A DNA stretch of 64,000 bases from assembly GCA_051294375.1 (NCBI GenBank), contig CM119263.1, positions 11,447,130 through 11,511,129 on the forward strand, given 5' to 3'. The notes below the pieces were generated by a model that saw only the letters and a list, made by a program, of their open reading frames with translations, was not told the DNA's origin and made no database searches. Source of the stretch: Paraspadella gotoi (lineage: Eukaryota; Animalia; Chaetognatha). Shown one piece after another: positions 39,768 to 52,996 of the stretch. Position 1 is the stretch's first letter. Each line of letters begins with the position of its first letter. The position numbers and the translations under genes are program-made.

Positions 39768-41031
39768 TTAAAAAGAAAAGCAGATAAGAAAAAAATAAAG
39801 ACAGAGAGATAGACAGAGAGACAGACAGAGCAACGGGAAGCGAGCGCTTGAGACCCACGCTAGTCGCGCGGACAACCACACCTATGGCTATGAGCGCCGT
39901 CGCGGCAAATACAGGCGGTGGAAACTCCTGGTCGAAGAGGAAGAAGGAGGAGGGTTGCGTGGATTGGGGATTGGGGATTGGGGATTGGGGATTGGGGAAG
40001 GGACGATAAATAGGAAGATAGTAAAAGATAAGAGAAAGAATTAGAAAGAGATGCAATTAAAAAAGTCAAGGATATGTTGACAATTAGGGAAGCACAATTA
40101 ATGAATAGTTCGACTAAACTTTAGTCTAGGTAAAGCTTTAGTAAAAAGCTTGCAGAAAATCAGGAAAATCTGGACATCTTTGGTGAGTTAAACAGAAAAA
40201 AAAGGAAGGAGGCGAGTTGGGTGAGTTAAAACAGTTGAGCGCTGATCGGAGCGAAAGAAGGTAGCGGATTCCGCCGCCTCCGCCGCCTCCGCTGGAAGAC
40301 CACACCTGAGGCTAAGGCGACCGAATGTGACGCCGGAGAAAAATGAGAGATAACAATACTTAAGGAACGCAAGGAATCGGCGTCGCGATTTCGCGCCGAT
40401 GGAGACGCGTTTCCCTTTCGTTTTTCAAAGAAACTGAGAAGATGTCGCTTCGCGTCTTGACAAAGTTGACAAAGTAGATGGGTTAATTCTTTTTTTTACA
40501 TATTGTTAAGAATACTTTCATTTCAAAGATAGTAGTAAAAGATGACGAGTAACTTTCATGGATTATTGGATGCAACTACCGATATACAATATAGTAAAGA
40601 TATATATACAGAAACTAATGGCGTGAGTACTGAGTAGGAACGTTTATTCGAAATTAAGTCTGCTTTGACGAAACGAAAGTTTTCTCGTCATCAAAGTAGC
40701 TCGTTGAAGGCGTTCGGTCAAGGCCTTCGGACTCTTGAAACTGATAAGAAAATCTCAAAAGAGAAAGTGGAAAATGAATTTACTTATAATTGTAAATTTA
40801 GTTTAAATAGGCCGAGTGGTTGCTACACCGACCAGTATTTCATCTCTTCCAAACCGAACTGCTTGATGAAGACACGCTTGGTAATTCTTGTCGCCAACGC
40901 CTTGTAATTACCAATACTTCACCCCAAGCAGCACTTGGCAGCGACGCGACGGCGCAGCGGAGGAGGTGAAAGGCGCCCGCGGAGACGCATCGAGGGAAAG
41001 ACGAAATTTCACGCTAATTAAGTTGACCCAA
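39224..41031 (+). repeat. Copy 1 of a 1.8 kb tandem duplication across an N gap
   Basis: aaatgcatctttcgcgagaactcaaagg … attaagttgaccca is repeated immediately after the gap. Confidence 0.95.
39960..39998 (+). repeat. (GGGGATT)n heptamer run, potential G-quadruplex; copy at ~41790-41825
   Basis: ggattggggattggggattggggattggggattggggaag contains five G4 tracts with 3-nt loops. Confidence 0.8.
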
Positions 41032-41056
41032 NNNNNNNNNNNNNNNNNNNNNNNNN

Positions 41057-41462
41057 TAAATGCATCTTTTGCGAGAACTCAAAGGGCGGGCTCGGGGGGA
41101 AAGGAGGTTGACTTGGTATTAAAAAAAAGTCTAGAAAAAATAAAAAATCGCTGTAAAAACGTGGGGGTTTTTTTCTTCTCTTCTTTTTTTTTTTTTATCT
41201 GTTTTCTACATCTTCCTTTTTTTCTATATTTTTCTCATACTCTTTTTTTTTTAACGAAAAAAGGGAAAAAAAATATGTCACACCCTGAATAAGGAGAGTG
41301 AAATTAAAGTTGGGAGAGTAATTAGTACAAACTCATCAGAGACGAAAGGCTGCGAAACCGTCGCTGCGTCGCTGCTCCTTTCTCGATTTCCTGCCGCTGA
41401 CGACGCGGACAGAGAGAGAGTAAGAAAGAAAATAGAAGAAAAGAAAGAAAGAAAGAAAGAAA

Positions 41463-41499
<37 letters not shown>

Positions 41500-42855
41500 A
41501 GAAAGAAGAAAGAAAAGAAGAAAAAGAAAGAAAAAAAAAAGAAAGAAGAAAAAACGAAAGAAAGAAAAGAAAGAAAGAAGAAGAAAGAAAAGAAAGATTA
41601 AAGAAAAGCAGAATAAGAAAAAAGGAAAGACAGGAGAGAAGACTGAGAGACAGACAAAGAGCCAATGGGAAGCGAGGCTTGAGACCCACGCTAGTCGCAG
41701 CGGACAACCACACCTATGCTATGAGCGCCGTCGCGGCAAATACAGGCGGTGGAACTCCTGGTCGAAGGGAAGAAGGAGGAGGGTTGCGTGGATTGGGATT
41801 GGGGATTGGGGATTGGGAATGGGAAAGGACGATAAATAGGAAGATAGTAAGATAAGAGAAAGAATTAGAAAGAGATGAATTAAAAAAAAGTCAAGGATAT
41901 GTTGACAATTTGGGAAAGCACAATTATGAAAAGTTTCGATCAAACTTTAGTCTAGGTAAGCTTTAGTAAAAAATCTTCACAGAAAATCAGGAAATACGGA
42001 CAATCTTTGGTGAGTTAAACAGAAAAAAAAAGGAAGGAGAGCAAGTTGGGTGAGTTAAAACAGTTGAGCGCTGATCGAGCGAAAGAAGGTAGCGGATTCC
42101 GCCGCCTCCGCTGAAGACCCAACACCTGAGGCTAAGAGCGACCGAATGTGACGCGGAGAAAAATGAGAGATAACAAACTTAAGGAACGCAAGGAATCGGC
42201 CGTCGCGATTTCGCGCCGGTGGAGACAGCGTTTCCCTTTCGTTTTTCAAAGAAACTGAAAGATGTCGCTTCGCCGTCATTGACAAAGTTGACAAAGTAGA
42301 ATGGTTAATTTCTTTTTTTTAATATGTTAGAATACTTTCATTTAAAAAGATAGTAGTAAAAAGAATGATGAGTAACTTTCATGGATTAATTGGATGCAAC
42401 TACCGATATACAAATAGGTAAAGATATATATAAAGAAACTAATGGCGTGTGTAGGAACGTTTATTCGAGATTAAGTCTGCTTTGACGAAACGAGGTAAGT
42501 TTTCTCGCATCAAAGTAGACTCGTTGAATGCGTTCCGGTCAAGACGCTTCGGACTCTTGAAACTGATAAGAAAAATCTCAAAAGAGAAAGTGGAAATGAA
42601 ATTTTACTTATAATTGTAAATTTAGTTAAAATAGGACCGAGTGGGTGCTACACCAGACCAGTATTTCATCTCTTCCAAACCGAAATGCTTGATGAAGACA
42701 CGCTGGTATTTTGTCGCCAACGCCTTGTAATTACCAATACTTCAGCCCCAAGCAGCACTTGGCAGCGACGTGCGACGGCGCAGCGGAGGAGTGAAGGGCG
42801 CCCGCGGAGACGCATCGAGGAAAGACGAAATTCACGCCAATTAAGTGACCCCAAT
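41057..42855 (+). repeat. Copy 2 of the 1.8 kb tandem duplication (likely unmerged overlap)
   Basis: Starts at the gap edge, collinear with 39224-41031, with mostly indel differences. Confidence 0.95.
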
Positions 42856-42893
42856 CAACCTGGGACCAGCCCGAGTTGGAAAGAAAAAAGAAA

Positions 42894-42894
<1 letters not shown>

Positions 42895-42981
<87 letters not shown>

Positions 42982-43022
42982 AGAGAGAGAAGATAGAAAA
43001 GAAAGAGAGAGAGAGAGAGAGA
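42895..43022. repeat. (GA)n microsatellite
   Basis: Direct reading. Confidence 0.97.
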
Positions 43023-43699
43023 GGTGGGAGTGGTTTTACTTTTACAGCATTTGGCGAATTAGAGTCAAGCTTGCAGCTGGGGACTTTGTCGCTATGGAAA
43101 GAGAGAAAAGAAAGAGAGAGAGAGAAAGCTGGAAAAGGCTTTTTTGCCTCTTTCGCCTGGGCATTTGTCTTTTTAGTTGTCAAAATTCCCTCGAAAAACA
43201 AAGCAATTAGTCGCTCTTTCGGTTCTCCCCCTTTTTTATTCTTTGTTCTGGCGCGGAGAGAAAGAAAATTTCAAGGAGAGAAATGAGCTCACGACTTTTT
43301 TGAGGAGTTTGACCGATTTTCTTGAAATTTTTTTTTTTAAATCAAACTTTGTGGGTTCAGCGGGAAAAAACTTTTCTTTTTCCAAAAAAAAATGTTTTCG
43401 TCATTCAGATTCCCACTTCCCTTTTTTCAACCGCTTCCCTCTCCAATTCAGTTTTTCCATTTTCCTTTATATATATATATATATATATTCCTTTAAGGCC
43501 AGTGGAGTTAGCATAATACTGGCGTAAGCTAATCGAAAGTGACTTTACTCGTCTTCCAATCATCTTACCGCTCATCATTAGATGTTTTTATTTTAACTTT
43601 CTTTATTTCTTATTTCTATTTTTTTTCTCCTTTTTCTTCCTTCATCCAATCAACGCCCAAACTACAGATCTTTGTCTCTTTTATTTAAACGCTCTCACA

Positions 43700-43770
43700 T
43701 TAGTGTCAGGGGCAAGATAGTTTATTTATTAAATGAATGGATACTTTTTATATTTGTTGTACCAATTTCA
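43700..43770 (-). mobile_element. Fragment of the TGGTACAACCAA repeat family
   Basis: tcaggggcaagatagtttatttattaaatgaatggatactttttatatttgttgtaccaatttcat is the reverse complement of the family start. Confidence 0.7.
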
Positions 43771-44259
43771 TTACATGGAGACCGCAAATCGGAAAATCCC
43801 GATCACCGCCCCACCCATTCGAGTCGCGTCCACTCCCACTCCCACTCGTCCTCAACTTTCCTTTCAAAAATCTCCTCAGTTTCGGTCGGACTTTGACTTT
43901 TTTCGGAGGCGATGAATCATCGGAAATTAGTTTTGTTTTCATTTTTTTTTAATTTTTAATTCTCTTCTGATTCTTTTTAAAGGTTTTATAAAATCATTCA
44001 ATCAATCAATGAATTAATCAATTAATAAATGAATTCGTTAAAAAAAAAGAAAAGAAATGGGAAGAAAAATCCGGAATAACGAGGAAGAAGACGATGTTTC
44101 TCTTTCTTTTTTATCTTTTCTTTCTTTTTCTTTCTTCCTCTTTATCTCTCTCTTTTTCTTTCTCCCAGCGCTCACGCGCGCGATGACCGCAGCCTCGGCC
44201 GCTGCTTCAGTCAACGCGGAACCGCGGCGAGAAGCGACGACAACAGCAGCCGCGGATCC

Positions 44260-44313
<54 letters not shown>

Positions 44314-44940
44314 GAGAGAAAGAGAAAGAGAAAGAGAAAGAGAGAGAGAAGAAAACAGCAGCAGCCTCAAATGAAGTTAGGGAAAGGGACAAGTGAAAAA
44401 TGAGAAGAATGGGCGGTGAAGGAGGGATAAGGGAAAGGTGACGTCGGTGAAAGGGAGAGTGAGTGAACGGTGAAGTTTCACCGCCGAAGTGAGAAGAGTT
44501 TGAGCCGGGGAGGGATGATAAGTGGGAAGGTATATATTTAGAGGTAGTCAAACCAAAACTTATAAAGTGTCATGAAAACAGGAGGAAAAAAAGTTAAAGA
44601 AAAGGCGAAAATTTGCCCGTTAACATTTACCACGGTCTGTATAAAGAAAACAACAAAAAGAATGGCGATAATTTAAGAACCTAATAAAATGAGGTTAAAA
44701 AACAAAAAAAAAAAAAGAAAACAAAGAGGACAAAAACAACAAAAAACAACGAGGAAATAAATAAAACTCGCAGGTATAGAAGATAGCAAACAGATGTACG
44801 ACATGAAAAAAATATTTTTAAAAAGAACAAACAAACGAGGCGGTCGGCCGTTCCAAACAAACGACAATTAATCCACGAATCGTTTCTTTTACGTCTTCAA
44901 TTATTCCACCTTTTCTTGACACAAAAAAGGGATGAAAAGA

Positions 44941-44996
<56 letters not shown>

Positions 44997-46192
44997 AAGA
45001 GGAAGGAAATTAAAGAAAAAAGAATAAAGGTACGAGAAACAATACGGAAAAGACAAAAGAAATGATAAAATTAATTTCTCAGAATTAAAGGGTGAATGAC
45101 GAAAAGGGAGAAAAAGGACCCTAAAAAGAGAGACGGAAGCTACACAGAAAGATAGAGAGAGATAGAGGGAGATAGATAGAAAGAGAGAGAGAGAGATAGA
45201 GAGAGAGAGAGGCGTGGGGGCGTTGTGTTTCTTTCCCCAAAAATTCCTCTTCGTTTGAACCGCTTAATGAATAGAAGGAGGAGAAAAACGATCTATAAAT
45301 TTTGTCAATGAATTTCGGGACACCTTTTCGTAATTCACATCCATCGCTGCTTTGGCGTCTTTCGCTGCCATTTCTTTCACGCGATGAGCTCACAATTTTG
45401 TTAAAATTTTCAAGGTAGAGAAATCATGTATAAAAATAGCTCATTGCTGATAAAAAAAAAAGAAAAAAACAAGCCCTGCCCTTGTCTCCCCTTTATTCAC
45501 TCCTTCACCCTTCCCCCGCTTCTTCTCCCCTATTATCTTTTTCCCCCATTCTCCCTTCTTTCACTTTTGTGTTGGTTCGATTTTTCTTTTTCTTCTTTTC
45601 CCCTCCCTCGATATTAGCGTTTTTATTTCTCACACCTGATTTAAATGAGTTTAGCGACGGAAAAATCCATCGACGCGGTCGTCGTCGTNNNNNNNNNNNN
45701 NNNNNNNNNNNNCATCGTCGTCGTCGTCGTCGTCGTCGTCGTTTCACGTTTCTCTTTTTTCCCTTTCCACACCCTTTTTCCATTACGCTTTTTTTTCTCT
45801 TTCTTCCTTATCGTCGTCATCGGCATATCATCATTGCCAGGTATCCAATGTTAATTTACATGACAGCAGCAATATGCGCCGTCTACTCCGGCTTTAGCCA
45901 TTTATTACGGCGCATTTGAAGACAAAATGGTCACTCTAAAGACAAAAAGTAAAACTGTAACTCTGACAGAATCGCGCCGCGGAAATCTTTTTTTTTTTTC
46001 CCTCTGTGGTCTGATCGAAATCGCCAGTGATGAGTCTCCAGGCAACAACAACGACAACAACGAGTCTCAAGTTTCAAGTTTTCTTACAACGACAGCGATT
46101 CGGGGACCGACTCAGGGTCAGCGATCGGCGCATTGTGTTTCAAGGCGAAACCGTCTGGTCGGGGCATTGTTTTTGCTCGCGCCGAGTCCTCG

Positions 46193-46258
<66 letters not shown>

Positions 46259-46369
46259 GTCTTTCCTCTCTCCCTTCTTCGTCTTCTTATTACATCGACC
46301 GACCAACGGGCATTGGAGAAGGAAAAAAAAACTCTGCAAACACTTGAGCCCCAGCTTGCGGGTTCGAAA

Positions 46370-46920
46370 GTAGCCGCCGCCGTCGCCGCCCGGTCGCCTA
46401 CCGCAAGCCGATACCGCCGCCGCCCTCATTTGCATATTCCCCATATATATTTTTCTTCATTACGGTTTGTGTGGCGGTTCCCAGTACTAATTAACTTTTT
46501 CTTTCTGGTCTCCCCCTTATCACGCCTCTCATTAACAGGGAAAGTGAAACCACGTCATGTTTGGATTACAGATATTATTTCCCTTCCGCGCTCGCTCGCG
46601 CGGGGAAAAGGCTTTCGCCAGCGAGTGCGCAGCGTTTTTTTCGCCGCACGCAAACCTTTCGCGCGCGCAATCGTCGTCACCGGGGCGTGCGCAATCGGCG
46701 ACCGCTCGATCTTCATAACTCTTTATTCTCCCGGTGGACGAGGGCGAGAACATACGGCGCGAGTCGTGGCGAGGCGGAAGTGACGTGAAACTGGGCGAAA
46801 ATGACTTGGCGACGACCGATGCGACTCTGACGAGAAATGAGGGCGATTGGCGCAAGTCACGCAAAATGGCGCTCGGGGGCGATAATATCGCGAGGCGAAA
46901 ATGGTCAACTGGGCCGATAT
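46370..46920. promoter_or_regulatory. CpG-rich promoter-like island
   Basis: Octamer ATTTGCAT 46428-46435, ETS-CRE-type GCGGAAGTGACGT 46774-46786, inverted CCAAT 46846-46850 and YY1-like AAAATGGCG 46863-46871, flanked by (CT)n tracts. Confidence 0.45.
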
Positions 46921-47036
46921 AAACATTCACGAAGCAAAGATTGTGAAGTTCTGCTTTACAGAGCGGGGAAAAAAAACTAAAACTTCGATTGTCCCACGGT
47001 AGTGAGTTTTTTTAAGCATTTCTCATTTATCTTTCC

Positions 47037-47119
<83 letters not shown>

Positions 47120-47326
47120 TTCTCTCTCTCTCTTCTCTCGTGTTTGTCACTTTCGCAAACACTTCGGCGTCCTCCGGAGCGAAACCCTGAGAAGAGGCGG
47201 ACCTTCTTCTCTCAAGGCCCTCGACGAGTCGGCTCCCTTCACCCGCACAATCGAAGAATTTAATCGGAGGAGGAACAAGGAGAGAGTGAAAGAGGGAAAA
47301 TGCGGGCCACGGCCCGGTCGACAAGA

Positions 47327-47420
<94 letters not shown>

Positions 47421-50101
47421 TTAAAAAGAAGAAAGGATTCATTTTTTTTTTCTTTCAACGCCCGACCCTGAGAGGGAAAATTTGAGAATTGCCTCCCTTG
47501 ACGTCGAGAGGAAAAGCGCTGGAGCGTTTCTATCGTGGGATTGGCGGTTTCTTCTCTCGGACGTCCTCGGAGGCGATTCTCAAATAAAAAATAAAATGTC
47601 GTCGTCCGAGGGCAGCGGATGCGAAGGAAGAGGGTCGGGCCGACCCTGCGTTGGCCTCGGGACTTCTCAATGGAATCAGAAGAAAAAACGGGAAATACAT
47701 TTATGCGTTATGAATCGAAGATGACGACGACGACGATGACTTGAACGAATATAAAAAAAAACAAATAGAGGTGTGGACCGTTATTCATAGAAAGTTTCAG
47801 TACAGCTTGGCATTGTATTGAGAAGAACTACCAAACGAATTTGGATTGCTTATTGCAGAATTTATCATGAAACACCCAGAAAAGGATTATATTAAATTTT
47901 GTTTTTAAGATTTTTACTTATTTGTAAACATTTTGCTTATCAAAAAAAATAACGTAATATCACCAGCGCTGGCCCACCTCTCAGACTAAATCCAGCGTTT
48001 TAATGTTTGGAAGGGTTTATATAAAAGTTTACGTGCTCCATTTACACGTACAAATATTTTCTTTTTAAAGAACATAATTTATAATGGTAACAATAATGAA
48101 AATAAGTTAGCTTGATATCCCCCAGCACTTTCTTTGAGACACTTTCAAAACATAAACAATTTTTGGCAATGAGATCTTCTATTCAAGCGGTTTTTAATAA
48201 AAAACATTAAAGGGAAACCATTGAGCTTTTCCTGGGTCATAATAACCTGTTCTATTCATTCTCATATTATGGTGAAGATCAGTTTCTAAAATTTAGTCAA
48301 ATATTTGGGAGCCGAAAAATTCTTCTTTTGGAAAGCAGCGCTGCAACAACTGCACCTTTTTAATGTGCGTTGCCTCATTTCCTCTATTGCAGATAGAGTT
48401 CCAGCGCTGCGCTTCTTTCTTTCTTTCCGAACGGAGACTGCTAAAGCATGAAAGAGCACAAGTGTGTGTGAACTCAAAGGATGGGTTTCAAAAACGCAGG
48501 CCCGAATTCTGAGCGTTGCCAGCTCTTGGAATATCGCTTTAGGTCACACTCATTGCACATGGTCCGAGGTCCTGTTGGTGCCACAAAAGGAGCTGCTGCA
48601 ATTCCAAACTGCGAACCAAGGAAGACTGATGCGGGCAAGTTTTCGGCGTTTCTGGCAAGAATGAGGCAAGAAAATGGAGAGAGAAAGGAACATAAAGGGT
48701 TTTCATGTCCGAGCATGTTTGGAACATTTGAAGCCTTTTCAATAGCAAATTTTTAAAGATTATTATGCAAAATGGTATGGAATACAGAACATCACTGTAA
48801 GTAAATATATATTTTACAAACTAGCCTTACTTTAAATAAAAAAACGAACGTCGCCCGTAAAGCACGCTCGTAGAAGCAGCGATGCAGGAATTGCGAGCAT
48901 TAACATTTTAAAATACATTTTAACACTCAAAAAAGGCCCTGCTTGCCTTTCCAAGGATATAATTACTTCCTTCTTGTGCTGCACTTACAAAATTTCTTTT
49001 CCGGCATAATTTAGAGAGCGCTGGCCAGCGCTGTTTTCTAATCAGCGCTGTGCTCACTTTCTACTAGCAGGTATCCATGACGAGCGTGGCCAAACACGCC
49101 ATCTGCATCACAGGCCGAATCAGCACCTGTAACCTTTACTTAAATTCATTTCGCGCTGCAGTCCAAATTGCATTTCAGCGCTGCCATTCCATTCCATATG
49201 TAAGATGGTCGCCATCTTGGATAAATCTGCAGCGCTGAGATGTAAGCGCGAGCGCGTTGGCCAGCGCTTCCTTACGCGAGCTTCAAATTTTTTTTTTTTA
49301 AATTTAGAGTGCGTAGATAGCAGAGCCTTAATTATAAATAAAAAATGTTCATAATATATTTATTTTGGGGAAGCGGTGTTTTTTGTTTTTTTTTAAGTTG
49401 GAAACAAAGTTGTATGTGGAAGTAGAAAAACCTTTTTTTTTCTTTCCTTTTCAGCTTGCGTCTAAATGGTTTTCCGCCTAAGAACCAAAAACCATTCTCT
49501 CAATATTAAGCGCTGAAAATCTGTTGAAAGTTTCCAAACTCCATCGCTGCTCTGCGTTCACTCATCATGAAATAATTTTCTAAAACGATAAATTACATTA
49601 GATATTTTATCCCAATTTCGACTGTTCGTTTTTTTTTCAATTTAGAATCATAATTAATCTGTTTAAATAGAAATGTATCAAAATTCTAAATTTTTAAAAA
49701 CTTTATCATATTTATTTAAAATTTTTTTAAACATATATAGTTGAATTGCAAATCAAATCATATTCACACTTTGGTAGCGATGTTGATTTTGCTTAAACGT
49801 TAAATTTTCTCCGCAAACCTCTTTTTTGTTTACAAAAAAAATTATGATTGCCTTTTTTTACTAAATAATAACAATCGAAAAACTAAAATCAAACTATGAT
49901 TTTGCAAAAATCAATGTGAAGATTATGTTTCATTAAGTCAGTTTAGCCTGATCTCCAGATTTTGCTCTTTGACAAAAAAAATTAGCACGACAGCAGTCAC
50001 CACTCTTTGTTCTGTTTTCTCCCTATGCCCGACGAAAAAAAGAATTCATACTCTTTATAACCTTTCATACCCGCGAAAGTGTATAAACCTTTTGTTTCCT
50101 A

Positions 50102-50224
<123 letters not shown>

Positions 50225-50964
50225 TCAAAGCAGGTTTTTTATGAAATACTTGACTTAATATTATTCATTAATTAATTGTTTTATAGTATGTCGCTGGAAA
50301 AAATTCAATCTTAAAAATCTTAGAGAAATTTCAGATGTGTATTATCTTTCCTTGAAATATTAACCAGGTAAATTCTTAAGAGATTCGATATAATTGGAGT
50401 ATTTTCTTTTTCAATTTCGCATGTTAGATGAAAACATTACATAGTGAGTAAGTATTTCAAGCTTTTATGTCAATTTATCAAGGCTCTTTCTGTCTTTAGT
50501 TGAATGAAGTTATTTTAAAATTTAGGTTGCTTTTCATTTAATTTTTAAGTTTTTAAATTAAGAGTAATAAAGATGAAATTTTTTTTCTGTTTTTATTACA
50601 CGCCCTGAACGCCATCAATATATTTTCAGCTGTAATATTCTGCCCAGTTAAAATATAATTCCTAACAAAAGAAAAAATAATACAACAAACAGTTATAATG
50701 AAAAATATAATGATTAAAATCATCATGGCTTTCCAGCATTAAGTTTGCCATAGTTAATTCAGACGAATTTTCTAAAACGCTCCTAGCGTTTGGTTCCCGC
50801 TTTCAGCACTGTTGCCAAGGGTAAGTCTAAATGCCTTTCAACAAACTGAATTGACCTTATTCGTTTCTTATTTTATTTTTTCAGCGCGCTATTTCCGGTT
50901 TTAGATTTTAAATACAATTTATAAACTATTATAAACAATCTTACATAAGTTTAAAACCTGCTTA

Positions 50965-51090
<126 letters not shown>

Positions 51091-51609
51091 TTAGAATTTT
51101 ATTCAAAAGAAAAATCGAAAAATAATGCTAAAAGAAATTACTATGGCAAAAAAAAAAACGACATGGTGAATATAATGCTAACGAAATTGGTTTGGCAAGA
51201 GGGATTTAGGTAGTAAAAAATTTATTAATCATTTGTAATTATTTTGTTAACATCCAATTAATCAATCAATTTATAATCATGTTTGCTAGTAGTCCTTATG
51301 AATAATTGTTTATGTTTTGTAGTTTAAAATATATAATAATGAAATATAATTGAAAATGTTCTTTAACAAAATTCTTTTTCTTTCGCAACATCACATTTAA
51401 ATCGTTTTATGTATTAGTATGATATGATGAGAAGTTGCAAACAGAAAAGTCCCCGAAAATCCGAGATCGAAAGAACAGCTGAAGGAAAGAAGTCGTCGAT
51501 GGGTATGAGTTTTAAAAGCACCAATACTTCTTTCTCGCATAAACTTCAGCTGCTTTCCGGATGACTTATTACCAAGTCCTACAGAGCTGAGATATTTGAT
51601 ATTTACTTA

Positions 51610-52610
51610 AAAATTGGTATACAACCAATATAAAAATATCCATTCATTTAATAATATAGCGCTATTTGGTGGTTTAAGCCAAACATCACTCTTACAAGAT
51701 AATGACATAGCAGGTCCCTGCAAGCAGTCAATCAAGACTCTCTCACATTCTTGTTAATTACTCCCAGAGTACCTGGCTTCCCTATCATGAAGTGAGTATA
51801 ATAATTTTTTTATGAAATTGGTACAACCAATATAAAAATGATCCATTATTTTATTTTAGGCGATCCGAAAAATTCTCAATCTAAGCTGTATTCAAGCAGC
51901 AACAGAGGATGTATGCCATCGGCCGACGAACGCGGCCAATGGAGTCTCACGACCGTTTTTGACCCACAAGATAGCATTGACGCTATTAAAAGATGAAGCG
52001 ATCTCTACTATCTTCTCTGTAGTCTAAGCGAATTAAAGTCAAGACGCCATCTGGGCCAGCTTACAATTACAATTTCATACAGTTACTTACAATTTGAACT
52101 GGCTAAAGCAGGAAGTAATCCATCTTAACTTTTTAAGCTTTTACATAGATATGTCGACGAACTCAACAACAGCAAGCAACTTTCCTGTTGGTGCAGCCCA
52201 TCCATTCAACATTCGCGATCAGAAACGTTGGAAAAAAAATGTTGGTTGAATTTTGTATGTTTTATACGATGAAATTGGTACAACCAATATAAAATTATCC
52301 ATTCATTTAATAAATAAGCTATCTTGCCCTGACTTGGACGGCTTTGGTGGTTTAAGGCCTCCATCACTCTTACAAGATAATGACAATCTGGAATATTAAT
52401 CGATATTATTTATATTTTATATTTTATATTATTTTATATTTTATATTATTTTATATTTTATATTTTTATTTTTATTTTTATATTTTATATTGTATGAAAT
52501 TGGTACAGCCAATATAAAAATTATCCATTCATTTAATAGATAAGCTATCTTTCCCCTGATTTTGGTCCGGCTTTGGTGGTTTTAGGCCCCATCACTCTTA
52601 ACAAGATATG
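51610..52610 (+). mobile_element. Cluster of four copies or fragments of the TGGTACAACCAA repeat family
   Basis: Copies start at about 51610, 51811, 52269 and 52493 with aaattggtaca(a/g)ccaatataaaaat(t)atccatt. Three continue to ttggtggttt…catcactctta(a)caagata. Confidence 0.8.
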
Positions 52611-52948
52611 TTATGTTACAAGATTTGTTATTCGGTCATGTCGCGGGGAGGCCCTTTTTGGCGCCACTTTCTATTTGAGGGTTGATCGCGTTTTAAGCCC
52701 CAACGTCATAAACATTGAATAGTACTTAAGGTTAGTATAAGTTCTAAGCACGACCTCAATCAGCTCAACCGCGCGCTACTACGAAAGAAAAGTTATCACA
52801 GATTCATCAAAGTAGAATTTACCTGTTTTTCGGTTCCATTCTCCGTGATAATTTCCCAAGTCGCCGAATCGCGATAAGCCTTGCATATTCACAACTCTAA
52901 AATCAAAACGTAAAAAATCGTTCAGGTAAAAGACGCATAAGAACACAA

Positions 52949-52996
<48 letters not shown>

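Noticed and set aside
48286-48756. Overlapping 63-91 aa ORFs, possible transposase remnant
   Set aside because: No recognisable catalytic or zinc-finger motif and no consistent exon structure.
51610-52610. Repeated ~35-bp motif with a palindromic core, superficially CRISPR-like
   Set aside because: Spacing is irregular (200-460 bp), the sequence after the motif is shared rather than unique, copies are dispersed, the context is eukaryotic and there are no cas genes.
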